IMG/VR virus record: IMGVR_UViG_2711768059_000015
Source: a virus
Lineage: Duplodnaviria; Heunggongvirae; Uroviricota; Caudoviricetes
DNA length: 30,972 nucleotides
Reading direction: 5' to 3' (one strand)
The notes beneath the pieces are model-generated. The model was given only the letters and a program-made list of their open reading frames with translations. It did no database searches and was not told where the DNA came from. The translations under genes and the position numbers were made by a program. Below, in pieces: positions 7,460 through 16,052 of this stretch; within the stretch, counting starts at the first letter, position 1; every line of letters starts with the position of its first letter.

Positions 7460-7668
7460 TGCAAACCAAGACGTGTGTAACTGGTGATGTCGATCTGAAA
7501 CCTTGCCCGTTCTGCGGAAATCCGGAAGTACAACTCATTGAGGTGAAATATTTTCTGGATGGCGATGATGGTTATTACGTCGCATGTACTTGCTGTAACG
7601 CAAACCAGATCCCTGATTCGAAAGAACGTGCTGTTCATGACTGGAATCAGCGCGAAAACGCGGATTGA
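7459..7668 (+). CDS. lar: Lar-family restriction alleviation protein
   Basis: 69 aa with CPFCG and CTCC cysteine pairs characteristic of Lar-family zinc-ribbon proteins. Start overlaps the upstream stop (TAATG). Confidence 0.7.
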   Translation: MQTKTCVTGDVDLKPCPFCGNPEVQLIEVKYFLDGDDGYYVACTCCNANQIPDSKERAVHDWNQRENAD

Positions 7669-7685
7669 CGGCGAGTAGGTACAAA

Positions 7686-8537
7686 ATGATCCGCAACCAA
7701 CATATTGATTCTGCAATTTCGGGACGTTACACTGTTCCAGCACCTTATAAAGCGGGGGCCGGGCGTGGAAACCCGAAATTCAATATAGAGCACAACCGCG
7801 CTCATGCGGTTTTTTCGTGTCATGAGCATCGTTACGCCCAAATTATGGTGGGGCGTGCAGGGCCAACTTCGGTTGGGCCGGGTTCTATGTTGACCGGTAT
7901 TTCCACCCCTGTACGTCTCACCACCTATATGGTCGTGGAAAGCCTTGGTGGTGAGTTCATTGAATTCAACATAGGGGCTGTCACCATGACTACTCTCCCA
8001 ACCCTCTCTCAACCTGAAATCACGATTATCAATGGTCGTGTTGTCACCACATCTCTTGCAGTTTCTAATTACTTTACTAAACGGCATGAGCGGGTTTTAG
8101 ACAGAATTCGAAACCTCGAATGTTCCGCTGAATTTACTGAACACAATTTTGTGTTAAGTGAATACACCGACGCATCAGGCCGCAAACTTCCCTGCTACCA
8201 AATCACCCGCGACGGTTTTGCGTTTCTTGCCATGGGCTTCACTGGCAAACGTGCAGCCAGGTTCAAAGAGGCATACATCAACGCCTTTAACCAGATGGAG
8301 AAGAATTTATCTGGTGGTGACGCGGTTGATATGTCAGCTGTTGCACGAAACGCCAGAGGCGTATACCTGCATTTGCGTGAAATCCATCAAATCTGGAAAA
8401 GCCAGCTTTACCCCATGCTTAAGGCCGTTGAATCTCCGCTGGCGAGCAAGCTGTATGACCGTGTAGGAGATGCTGTTTTTGGCGCTGCACTTGTTGATTC
8501 CAGACTTAATGGTTCTGACAAGGAGGCGCACCCATGA
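7686..8537 (+). CDS. rha: Rha-family phage regulatory protein; start uncertain (ATG 7686 or ATG 7986)
   Basis: The Rha-like domain starts at the ATG at 7986 (MTTLPTLSQPEITIINGRVVTTSLAVSNYFTKRHERVLDRIRNL). The frame stays open upstream to 7686, but that 100-aa extension does not look like a typical domain. The track's 7665 start is a TTG. Confidence 0.6.
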   Translation: MIRNQHIDSAISGRYTVPAPYKAGAGRGNPKFNIEHNRAHAVFSCHEHRYAQIMVGRAGPTSVGPGSMLTGISTPVRLTTYMVVESLGGEFIEFNIGAVTMTTLPTLSQPEITIINGRVVTTSLAVSNYFTKRHERVLDRIRNLECSAEFTEHNFVLSEYTDASGRKLPCYQITRDGFAFLAMGFTGKRAARFKEAYINAFNQMEKNLSGGDAVDMSAVARNARGVYLHLREIHQIWKSQLYPMLKAVESPLASKLYDRVGDAVFGAALVDSRLNGSDKEAHP

Positions 8538-8758
8538 TTCGCCGCATCGTTAATTCCCTGTATCACCGATACAACCGTTGCCCCCGTGTGGGGCAGTGGT
8601 TCGCCACCAGCAACGGTCACGTTCTGCGGGTTTGCCTAGTCAACGCTGAAAGCCAGAAAGTCGTGTGCGAACTACAGGGGCGTAGCTACACCATCAGTTA
8701 CCCGCTGGCGGTATTTCTGTCTGGAAAAATGTTTAAGCGTCTGGGAGGTGCCGTGTGA
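8534..8758 (+). CDS. Hypothetical protein (74 aa)
   Basis: Overlapping start/stop (ATGA) with rha, and its stop overlaps the replication gene start. No family recognised. Confidence 0.45.
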   Translation: MIRRIVNSLYHRYNRCPRVGQWFATSNGHVLRVCLVNAESQKVVCELQGRSYTISYPLAVFLSGKMFKRLGGAV

Positions 8759-9747
8759 GCCGTTACGCTCCTACACCTGAAGTTATGGCTATTGGCCAAC
8801 TCAATATTTCTGGCAATGTCACACCAGCGAACTGGTGGAAACATATTCGGCTACCAAGTGGTCGTCCGGATGCGACTGCCATTGCGCTGCTTTCAGAGAT
8901 TGTTTACTGGTACCGCCCGACAGAAGTCAGGGATGAGCATACCGGGGCTTTACTGGGATATCGCAAGCGTTTTCAGGGTGACAAGCTGCAAAGAAGCTAT
9001 CAGGCGTTTGCTGAACAGTTTGGCTTTGGGAAAAGGGAAACCGCAGATGCGCTGAAGCGTCTTCGTGATGCTGGGTTTATTACTCTGGATTTACGTACGG
9101 TGGAAATGCTAGACGGGGTGAAATGCAGCAATATTTTGTTTGTCGGGATCAACCCACAGGCAATTGCTGCCATCACCACACCTTCTTCTGTTTCGCCAGA
9201 AAGTAACAGCAATAACTCAATCAGCGATACAGCTATTACGTTAAAACGGAACACCCCCCAACGTCATAACGGAACAGGGGATACGCCGAATGTTGATACA
9301 AATACAGAGATTACTACAGAGATTACAACGGAGACTAAAAACACTATTGGAGCATCCGCTGACGCGTCTGCACCAGCGCGTTCTGCCCGACAGGAATATT
9401 CACCGGAATTTGAACAGGCCTGGCAGGAATATCCCAAACGTGCTGGTGGTAATTCCAAGTCAGCAGCCTTCAAAGCCTGGAAAGCCCGTATCAGGGAGGG
9501 AATAAAACCGGAGACCATGCTTGATGGTGTGAAGCGGTATGCCGCCTGGGTACGTGCTACAGGAAATACCGGCACACAGTTCGTGAAGCAGGCTGCGACG
9601 TTCTTTGGACCCGATCGTCACTTCGAAGATTACTGGCAACAGCCAGCCGCTCCCGGAGGTGGGCGACAGCGACAGGTCGATGTCCTGGCTGGCCTGGGAG
9701 CCATGTCTGACAAATTCGGTAAATCCAGTGACAAACTGACATTCTGA
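8755..9747 (+). CDS. Phage replication initiation protein (O-like replisome organiser)
   Basis: 330 aa. GTG start with GGAGG RBS 6 nt upstream. The C-terminal segment (EYSPEFEQAWQEYPKRAGG...FKAWKARIREG) is a motif I associate with phage replication initiators. Located directly upstream of DnaC- and DnaB-like genes. Contains internal tandem repeats. Confidence 0.7.
   Translation: MSRYAPTPEVMAIGQLNISGNVTPANWWKHIRLPSGRPDATAIALLSEIVYWYRPTEVRDEHTGALLGYRKRFQGDKLQRSYQAFAEQFGFGKRETADALKRLRDAGFITLDLRTVEMLDGVKCSNILFVGINPQAIAAITTPSSVSPESNSNNSISDTAITLKRNTPQRHNGTGDTPNVDTNTEITTEITTETKNTIGASADASAPARSARQEYSPEFEQAWQEYPKRAGGNSKSAAFKAWKARIREGIKPETMLDGVKRYAAWVRATGNTGTQFVKQAATFFGPDRHFEDYWQQPAAPGGGRQRQVDVLAGLGAMSDKFGKSSDKLTF
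9301..9336. repeat. Three tandem 12-bp repeats inside the replication initiator gene (candidate ori iterons)
   Basis: ACAGAGATTACT / ACAGAGATTACA / ACGGAGACTAAA, encoding TEITTEITTET. Confidence 0.5.
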
Positions 9748-9757
9748 GGTGACAGCG

Positions 9758-10636
9758 ATGATGACGATTAACCAACGTGAGAAACAAACAAGACTACAGG
9801 CGCGAATGGATGAGTTACGGGCAGAGATTGCATTTGCTCAGAATGGCGAAAAGCCATGGCCTTACCGCGCCTGCCGGGAATCTGAAGGGGTTGGATGCTG
9901 CGAAAAACACGGTAAATATCGTACGCATATACTGGTGTGGGATGATCGGCAGGGGGGCGCTGTCTCAAAAATTTCCCGCTGTCCGGAGTGTCTGGTGGAT
10001 GAAATGGATGTGACACATCGGACTCTGGTTGCAATGAAAGCTGATGTGCTGATTGAGAATGCTGGTGTTGCCTGTAGGTTTCGCGACTGTGAGTTTGAAA
10101 ACTATCAGGAGATTAACTCTGATGCAGCCAGAAATCTTGCTGCCTGCCGCCGCTATGCAGAGAGCTGGGAGGATGTTCTGGCTAACGGTACCAGTCTTGT
10201 TCTGACAGGCAGTTGTGGTACCGGAAAAAATCATCTGGCTGTGGCTATGGCAAAACACATCATCCGTAACCATCTGGCCAGTGTGGAGATTACTGATGTG
10301 ATGCGCCTTACCCGTGCTGTGAAAAACTGCTGGCGGAATGACAGCGAAAAAACAGCGGATGAAGTTATTGAGCATTATGCGTCATTGGATTTGCTGATCA
10401 TCGACGAAGTCGGCGTTCAGTTTGGCAGCGCGGCTGAAATGGCTATTTTGCAGGAAATTATCAATGCCCGGTACGAAAGCATCCTGCCCACCATCCTGAT
10501 CAGCAACCTTTCACCGGAAGAGTTGTGGGCGTTCATCAGCCCACGCATTGCCGACAGGATCACAGACGGGGGACGCAACTGGTTGTCGTTTAACTGGCCC
10601 AGCTATCGTGCGCATATTGGAGGTGTGGCTGCATGA
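9758..10636 (+). CDS. DnaC-like helicase loader (IstB-like AAA+ ATPase)
   Basis: Walker A GSCGTGKNHLAVA and Walker B LLIIDEVG. ATG at 9758 with GAGGTG RBS (the track ORF begins at a GTG at 9749). Confidence 0.85.
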   Translation: MMTINQREKQTRLQARMDELRAEIAFAQNGEKPWPYRACRESEGVGCCEKHGKYRTHILVWDDRQGGAVSKISRCPECLVDEMDVTHRTLVAMKADVLIENAGVACRFRDCEFENYQEINSDAARNLAACRRYAESWEDVLANGTSLVLTGSCGTGKNHLAVAMAKHIIRNHLASVEITDVMRLTRAVKNCWRNDSEKTADEVIEHYASLDLLIIDEVGVQFGSAAEMAILQEIINARYESILPTILISNLSPEELWAFISPRIADRITDGGRNWLSFNWPSYRAHIGGVAA

Positions 10637-12024
10637 CCACTCCAGTATGGCGTAACGATGATCTGGAAGGCGCTGTCATTGGCGCGTTTTTTCTGCGTGG
10701 GGCAGATCATGAAGTGATGGATATTCTGGCCACACTGCCAGCGGACGTTTTTTCTGTACGAGCGTATAGGGATATCTACACAGGCATCTGCCGACAGGCT
10801 CGTGTTTCAGGTGTGATTGATCCTGTGCTGCTGTGTAATGAAATGCCGGAACTTGCTCCGGTGATTACTGATACCGGGCGTAAAACCTGGGTGAAGTCTT
10901 CACTGGAGCACTATGTTGCAGCGTTGCGGCGCAATGCTGCATTGCGTGATGCAGAAAAAACACTGAATGAGGCGCTGCAGAAATTACGTGATGCGCATAC
11001 CTGTGAAGCAGCTGAAGATGTCCTGAAGGATGCGCAGAACATGATGGCTTCATTGTCGACGGAAAAGGGCATTATTCAGCCGGTACATATTGATGATGTG
11101 CTTCCGGAGGTGGTTGAGCGTGTTGAATGCCGGAATCAGGGACTGGAGAAATCCAGAACGTTGATGACCGGTATTGAGGAGCTGGACGCAAAAACAGGTG
11201 GCATGGAGCCCGGCGACCTGGTGTTCATTGCGGCTCGTCCGTCAATGGGCAAAACCGAACTGGCGCTGGATATCATCGACAAGGTGACTGAGCAGGGGCA
11301 TGGTGTTCTTCTGTTCACAATGGAAATGGCGAACATCCAGATTGGTGAACGCATGGTATCTGCGGCTGGAGGAATGCCGGTATCACGCCTGAAATCTGTC
11401 ACTCACTTTGAAGATGAAGACTGGGCGCGTTTCTCACAAGGGGTGGGACGGATGACCGGTCGCAATATCTGGATGGTGGACCAGGCGAATCTGACCATTG
11501 ATGAGATATGCGCAACAACGAAACACCACTTGATTAAACATCCGGAAACGGCGCTGGTGGTGGTTGATTATCTCGGGCTGATAAAAACCCGGAGCACGGG
11601 GCGTCATGACCTTGCCGTGGGTGAAATCTCAAAGGGGCTTAAAGGCCTGGCAAAATCCGGTGGTTTTCCGTTGATTGCGCTGAGCCAGCTCTCCCGCGGT
11701 GTGGAGTCCAGGCCCAATAAACGCCCCATGAACTCAGACCTGAAAAATTCCGGAGAAATAGAGGCGGATGCAGACATCATTCTGATGCTTTACAGGGATG
11801 AAGTGTACAACCCGGATACGCAGGCCAGGGGCATCGCAGAAATCAATATCACGAAACAACGTAACGGTTCTCTGGGGACAATTTACCGGCGTTTTTATAA
11901 CGGACATTTTCTGCCTGTAGACCAGGAAAGCGCACAGGTTCTTTCCACCCCAATGCAGCCGCCTCAGCCGCGCAGATACAGCAATAAACGAACCAACAGT
12001 AGTAAGATGGAGCGTTTCTTTTGA
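10633..12024 (+). CDS. dnaB: Replicative DNA helicase, DnaB family
   Basis: 463 aa. Walker A ARPSMGKTE, DnaB-type motifs (VVVDYLGLI, LSQLSR arginine finger region). GGAGGTG RBS; overlaps the DnaC-like stop. Confidence 0.9.
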   Translation: MTTPVWRNDDLEGAVIGAFFLRGADHEVMDILATLPADVFSVRAYRDIYTGICRQARVSGVIDPVLLCNEMPELAPVITDTGRKTWVKSSLEHYVAALRRNAALRDAEKTLNEALQKLRDAHTCEAAEDVLKDAQNMMASLSTEKGIIQPVHIDDVLPEVVERVECRNQGLEKSRTLMTGIEELDAKTGGMEPGDLVFIAARPSMGKTELALDIIDKVTEQGHGVLLFTMEMANIQIGERMVSAAGGMPVSRLKSVTHFEDEDWARFSQGVGRMTGRNIWMVDQANLTIDEICATTKHHLIKHPETALVVVDYLGLIKTRSTGRHDLAVGEISKGLKGLAKSGGFPLIALSQLSRGVESRPNKRPMNSDLKNSGEIEADADIILMLYRDEVYNPDTQARGIAEINITKQRNGSLGTIYRRFYNGHFLPVDQESAQVLSTPMQPPQPRRYSNKRTNSSKMERFF

Positions 12025-12035
12025 ACAACCAGACA

Positions 12036-12278
12036 ATGACTTTTACCCCTGAACAATTACGCAAACAGGCGCAGGAAATGCTGCGACAGGCGGAACAACT
12101 GGAAAAATCAGGCGTAACAAAAGATGCCATTCGTCGGGATATGGTACCCGCGCTCAGAGAACTGATGCAGGCAAAACACCGCGCACAAAAAGCGGTGGAT
12201 GAGCTGGTGGATTGTGTGGCAGAGCTGGAAACAAAAGTTGGAAAATTTGAAAAATTGGTGCAGGGGGTACTGCGTTGA
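12036..12278 (+). CDS. Hypothetical coiled-coil protein (80 aa)
   Basis: ATG at 12036; predicted helical, charged sequence. No family recognised. Confidence 0.45.
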   Translation: MTFTPEQLRKQAQEMLRQAEQLEKSGVTKDAIRRDMVPALRELMQAKHRAQKAVDELVDCVAELETKVGKFEKLVQGVLR

Positions 12279-12649
12279 TGCGCTTAGAGTGTGTTTTACC
12301 TTACCCACCGACGGTGAACACCTACTGGCGTCGTCGTGGCAGCACATATTTTGTATCAAAAGCAGGGGAGCGTTATCGCCGGGATGTGGCGCTTATTGTT
12401 CGCCAGCAGCGACTGAAATTAAACCTGTCCGGAAGGCTGGCAATAAAAATTATTGCAGAGCCGCCGGATAAGCGCCGTCGTGACCTGGACAATATTCTGA
12501 AAGCACCACTGGATGCGCTGACGCATGCCGGACTACTTATAGACGACGAGCAGTTTGATGAAATCAATATTGTGCGCGGACTGCCTGTTCCTGGTGGGCG
12601 GTTGGGCGTGAAGATTTACGAAATTACAGGTGATAACGATGGTGCGTGA
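12278..12649 (+). CDS. rusA: RusA-family Holliday junction resolvase
   Basis: PPTVNTYW and RRRDLDN motifs typical of RusA. ATG at 12278 overlaps the previous stop. Confidence 0.85.
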   Translation: MRLECVLPYPPTVNTYWRRRGSTYFVSKAGERYRRDVALIVRQQRLKLNLSGRLAIKIIAEPPDKRRRDLDNILKAPLDALTHAGLLIDDEQFDEINIVRGLPVPGGRLGVKIYEITGDNDGA

Positions 12650-13025
12650 TATTCAGCAGGTTATGGAGCGGTGGGGATCATGGGCTGCGAACAATCACGA
12701 AGATGTGTCATGGGCGTCAATCGCTGCTGGTTTTAAAGGATTAATCCCGCCGAAAGTGAAATCACGCCCTCAGTGTTCTGATGATGATGCAATGATAATT
12801 TGTGGCTGTATGGCCCGGTTGAACAAGAAAAATCAGGATTTGCACGATTTGTTGGTGGATTATTACGTAGGTGGAATGACTTTTATGGGGTTGGCACGAA
12901 AGCATGGGTGTTCGGATACCTGTATTGGCAAGCGCCTGCAGAAAGCGGAAGGGGTTATTGATGGCATGTTGATGATGCTTGATATCCGACTAGAGATGGA
13001 CAGATACGTAGAACGAATCATGTAG
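12639..13025 (+). CDS. Q: Late gene antiterminator Q-like protein
   Basis: About 128 aa, Cys-rich (CSDDD...ICGC...C..C). Canonical position before a promoter plus terminator pair and the late genes. ATG at 12639 with AGGTGA RBS. Confidence 0.65.
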   Translation: MVRDIQQVMERWGSWAANNHEDVSWASIAAGFKGLIPPKVKSRPQCSDDDAMIICGCMARLNKKNQDLHDLLVDYYVGGMTFMGLARKHGCSDTCIGKRLQKAEGVIDGMLMMLDIRLEMDRYVERIM

Positions 13026-13029
13026 GAGC

Positions 13030-13059
13030 TTGACCAGACACATTGTCCGGGGCTATATT
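13030..13059 (+). promoter_or_regulatory. Candidate late promoter PR' (Q utilisation region follows)
   Basis: TTGACC, 18-nt spacer, TATATT, immediately after Q. Downstream hairpin CGCCAG-N6-CTGGCG (13066-13083) could be part of a qut-like site. Confidence 0.45.
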
Positions 13060-13120
13060 CCTCACGCGCCAGCAAAATCTGGCGTCGGGATTGGCGTCCC
13101 GGATGAAAAAGGCGACAACA

Positions 13121-13140
13121 GACGCGCCAGCGTCTTTTTT
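13121..13140 (+). terminator. Rho-independent terminator (tR'-like) downstream of PR'
   Basis: GACGC-GCCA-GCGTC hairpin followed by TTTTTT. Predicts a short leader RNA of about 75 nt from PR'. Confidence 0.5.
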
Positions 13141-13298
13141 ATTGTCGTTTGCACTGTCACATCTCAATGGTGGGCTGTGTGGGGGCGGAGCGATCCGCGC
13201 CGGTTCCTTTTTCCCGGTTACGCCAACCCTGCACAGTTCACCACCATACTGATTGGCGTCAGCAGTGGTGATGATTCACATAGAAAAAGGATCATCCT

Positions 13299-13787
13299 AT
13301 GGCTATTCAAATCTCAGTTGAAACTCTTTCCCCGATCACCCATAACCAAATCCCTGTCATTACTACCGAGCTTTTGGCACAACTTTATGGCACCGAAACT
13401 AATAACATCAAAGTGAACTATACACGCAATGCCGAGCGTTTTGTTTGTGGGAAACACTACTTCAAATTGGAAGGGGCTGAGTTGCGGGAATTTAAGAACA
13501 AGGTTACTCAAAGTAACTTAGTTGCACCGCGTACAAAGCACCTCATCCTCTGGACAGAACGCGGAGCAGTCCGTCACGCCAAAATGCTGGAAACCGATCA
13601 GGCGTGGGAAGTGTTCGAAAAACTGGAAGACTGTTATTTCAGCCAAAAACAACCACCAGCAGCACAAAACACCCCAACCCAAAATGATGGATGCGCATTA
13701 CTGATCCACTTCGATAAACACGGTCAGGTCGACTTCACGGAAAAACTACCCGCCGATGCGATGGTATGCACTCTGGAACGGTTTTAA
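13299..13787 (+). CDS. ORF6N-domain protein (antirepressor N-terminal domain only)
   Basis: 162 aa. Paralogous to the N-terminus of the 6605-7459 protein (shared NY.RN.ERFV.GKH.FK and LILWTERGA motifs). AAAGGA RBS. Confidence 0.7.
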   Translation: MAIQISVETLSPITHNQIPVITTELLAQLYGTETNNIKVNYTRNAERFVCGKHYFKLEGAELREFKNKVTQSNLVAPRTKHLILWTERGAVRHAKMLETDQAWEVFEKLEDCYFSQKQPPAAQNTPTQNDGCALLIHFDKHGQVDFTEKLPADAMVCTLERF

Positions 13788-13862
13788 AAATTTTCCCCGA
13801 ACGCTTTACGATCGTAAAAAGTTGAATATCCTGTTAAGAGTGGTTACTACGCCAAACAGCTT

Positions 13863-13889
13863 AAACCCGCCACTGAGCGGGTTTTTTTA
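13863..13889 (+). terminator. Rho-independent terminator
   Basis: AACCCGC-CACTGA-GCGGGTT followed by a T7 run. Confidence 0.6.
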
Positions 13890-14010
13890 TGCCTGAAAAA
13901 CGGTACAGGACGTTAAACGCGCTGGTGGTTGCGAATACTGGTCTTTCGGCTTGTATTTTTGTAAATCGATATATACTTATCTTGTGACCAGTAATGTCAG
14001 GGCAATTGAT

Positions 14011-14754
14011 ATGAATGAAGCTTGTTCTGTTGTTTTTGTTCATTCCCCGTTTGTTGTGCTCTTTGAAGGAAAAGAGCTCTCTCTGGAAAGTGGTAGTGCA
14101 CTTCTTGTCAGGGGGGGAGCTGGATCGTTATTGCCCTTTTCGGAATGTTTTCGGCGAATAAGTCTCAGTGAATCGACAATTATCCGTTACCTGTTGTGTG
14201 GAGACGAAAAACAGGATGTAGTTTTAGTCCGGCAAATACCACGATATCTTTGCGTGAGTTTTCCCAAGGCAGAATTGATGGGCATCCTGATTGATTATCT
14301 TTGTGAGGAAAAGATTCATACGGACAATTTAGCGGAAATGCTTTCCTTTTCGTGTCTGGCGTTTTTCTCATCAGAGAAAATGTTTTCGTCGTTTCTGACC
14401 GCGTGTATTGGCAATATTAGTGACAGGCTTAGTGCATTGTTTCGTACGGACATTGCAGCAAACTGGACTCTGAGAGATGTGTCTTCGCGGTTATGTATCA
14501 GTGAAAGTTTGTTAAAAAAAAGACTGAAAGAAGAAGGCACCTGTTTCAGTGAGTTGTTGCTTACAGAGAGAATGAGAATGGCAGCAATGCTGTTGAATCA
14601 ATCTCGTTGCGCCATCAACAGAATCGCTGCTCAGTGTGGCTATAATTTTACATCTTATTTTATCAGCGTATTCAGGAGTTATTTTGGTGTTACACCGGCA
14701 GGTTACAGGATGGCTGCATTCAATGAGATGAGTTTAAGTGTTACTCAAGAATAA
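14011..14754 (+). CDS. AraC-family transcriptional regulator, AppY-like (cargo/moron gene)
   Basis: ATG at 14011. N-terminus MNEACSVVFV and C-terminal AraC HTH (SESLLKKRLKEEGTCFSELL...AAQCGYNFTSYFISVFRSYFGVTP) closely resemble the E. coli prophage-encoded regulator AppY as I recall it. Markedly AT-rich relative to its neighbours; flanked by terminators. Confidence 0.8.
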   Translation: MNEACSVVFVHSPFVVLFEGKELSLESGSALLVRGGAGSLLPFSECFRRISLSESTIIRYLLCGDEKQDVVLVRQIPRYLCVSFPKAELMGILIDYLCEEKIHTDNLAEMLSFSCLAFFSSEKMFSSFLTACIGNISDRLSALFRTDIAANWTLRDVSSRLCISESLLKKRLKEEGTCFSELLLTERMRMAAMLLNQSRCAINRIAAQCGYNFTSYFISVFRSYFGVTPAGYRMAAFNEMSLSVTQE

Positions 14755-14778
14755 TTGAATTTTGCACTCATTGAAAAC

Positions 14779-14804
14779 AGGCTCGCTGCGGCGGGCCTTT
14801 TTTA
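14779..14804 (+). terminator. Rho-independent terminator
   Basis: GC-rich hairpin (GGCTCGC...GCGGGCC) followed by TTTTTT. Confidence 0.5.
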
Positions 14805-14933
14805 TATCCGCGCCACGTCCGGCGCACATCACATCAGATAACACCACACAAAAGGTATCTGCGGGTGCCTTTGACGGGGTGTTGTTTTTTTACGGGCCGA
14901 CAGTGGCCCTTTTTTATTTACAGGAGAAAAAGT

Positions 14934-15326
14934 ATGTCTGAACCCTTGTCCGGTTCCGGTACGGCTGCGGCGCTCGGCGGGGCGACGGTATTCGGGCTGT
15001 TTACCGGAACGGATTTCGGGATTGTGTTTGGGGCGTTCGCTGGGGCGTTATTTGTGGCAACGATGCCGCAGGCGCTTTCAGCCTGGCGTGTGGCGGCGCA
15101 TTTTCTGGTGTCGTTTATCGTTGGCGTGCTGGGTGCGCATGTGCTGTCAGCCTGGATTGCATCAAAAACAGGTTATGACGGTACATCGGCGGATGCACTG
15201 TGTGCGGTGCTGGTGGCGGTGGTGTCGGTGAAGATTCTCTCGTTCATCCACCAGCAGGATATTGCATCGCTGGTGTCCGGCCTGTTCTCCCGCCTGCGGG
15301 GTGGAGGAGGCGGCAATGTTAAGTAA
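14934..15326 (+). CDS. Putative holin (multi-TM membrane protein)
   Basis: ATG at 14934 with AGGAGA RBS. Gly/Ala-rich hydrophobic helices with a charged C-terminus. First gene of a cassette ending in an endolysin. Confidence 0.6.
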   Translation: MSEPLSGSGTAAALGGATVFGLFTGTDFGIVFGAFAGALFVATMPQALSAWRVAAHFLVSFIVGVLGAHVLSAWIASKTGYDGTSADALCAVLVAVVSVKILSFIHQQDIASLVSGLFSRLRGGGGGNVK

Positions 15327-15591
15327 CCTTCCCGGATTGCTGAATGTGGCGTTATGCACGGTTATCGTGCTGACGCTCTTTTTTTATCGTCGTCGTGATT
15401 CCAGACATAAACCGCTGATGTCATGGCTGGCCTGGTTGCTGATGCTGCTGTATGCCTTTGCGCCCCTCAGCTATCTGTGTGGTCGCCCGTTAGCAACGGG
15501 CTGGCTGGAAGTGTTTTTTAACCTGCTGTTCTGCGTGCTGGTGATACGCGCACGCGGGAACGTCACAAAAATCTTTCCATTGTTGAGGTGA
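15316..15591 (+). CDS. Second small membrane protein of the lysis cassette (holin/antiholin-like)
   Basis: ATG at 15316, overlapping the holin 3' end. Two or three hydrophobic helices. Immediately precedes the endolysin. Confidence 0.5.
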   Translation: MLSNLPGLLNVALCTVIVLTLFFYRRRDSRHKPLMSWLAWLLMLLYAFAPLSYLCGRPLATGWLEVFFNLLFCVLVIRARGNVTKIFPLLR

Positions 15592-15593
15592 AT

Positions 15594-15971
15594 ATGTCGG
15601 GTAAATTCAGATTCAGTCGTCGCAGCGAAAAGAATCTGGAGGGCGTTAAACCACAGCTGGTTGCTGTCGTTCGCCGTGCGCTGGAGCTGACGGAGGTTGA
15701 TTTCGGTATTACGGAAGGGCTGCGCACGAAAGAACGCCAGAAACAGCTGGTCGCGGAAGGGAAAAGCCAGACCATGAACAGCCGCCACCTGACCGGTGAT
15801 GCGGTGGATGTTGTTGCCTGGGTTGGCAGCCAGGTGTCATGGGACTTGCCTCTGTATGAGAAAATAGCGCAGGCATTTAAGCAGGCTGCCGCAGAGCTGA
15901 ATACCCCCATCGAATGGGGCGGTGAGTGGCGGTCATTAAAGGATGGGCCTCACTTTCAGTTGAAACGATAA
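15594..15971 (+). CDS. Endolysin, peptidase M15-type (L-alanyl-D-glutamate peptidase-like)
   Basis: About 125 aa. His and Asp residues in the SRHLTGDAVDV segment and a C-terminal WGGEW motif fit small zinc peptidase endolysins. Confidence 0.75.
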   Translation: MSGKFRFSRRSEKNLEGVKPQLVAVVRRALELTEVDFGITEGLRTKERQKQLVAEGKSQTMNSRHLTGDAVDVVAWVGSQVSWDLPLYEKIAQAFKQAAAELNTPIEWGGEWRSLKDGPHFQLKR

Positions 15972-15978
15972 ATAAAGC

Positions 15979-16016
15979 AAAGCCCCGGTTGTTGGAGCAA
16001 TCGGGGCTTTGTGTTT
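15979..16016 (+). terminator. Possible terminator or stem-loop after the endolysin
   Basis: AGCCCCG-N14-CGGGGCT hairpin followed by a T-rich tract. Confidence 0.4.
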
Positions 16017-16052
16017 ATGGATTCATTTTGTGAATGCGCATGGGGATCATTC

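Noticed and set aside
7647-8087. 146-aa minus-strand ORF overlapping the lar/rha region
   Set aside because: Antisense to a syntenic plus-strand gene block, no RBS, and the translated sequence is low-complexity and not protein-like. Treated as a chance open frame in GC-rich DNA.
13788-13950. Possible tRNA genes downstream of Q (common in Stx-type phages)
   Set aside because: No cloverleaf-compatible segment with a conserved T-loop (GTTCRANYC) or acceptor stem was seen. The region contains only a terminator hairpin and AT-rich promoter-like sequence.
14865-14933. N-terminal extension of the holin ORF (track start 14865)
   Set aside because: The extension has no RBS and runs through the upstream terminator. 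The ATG at 14934 with an AGGAGA RBS fits better.
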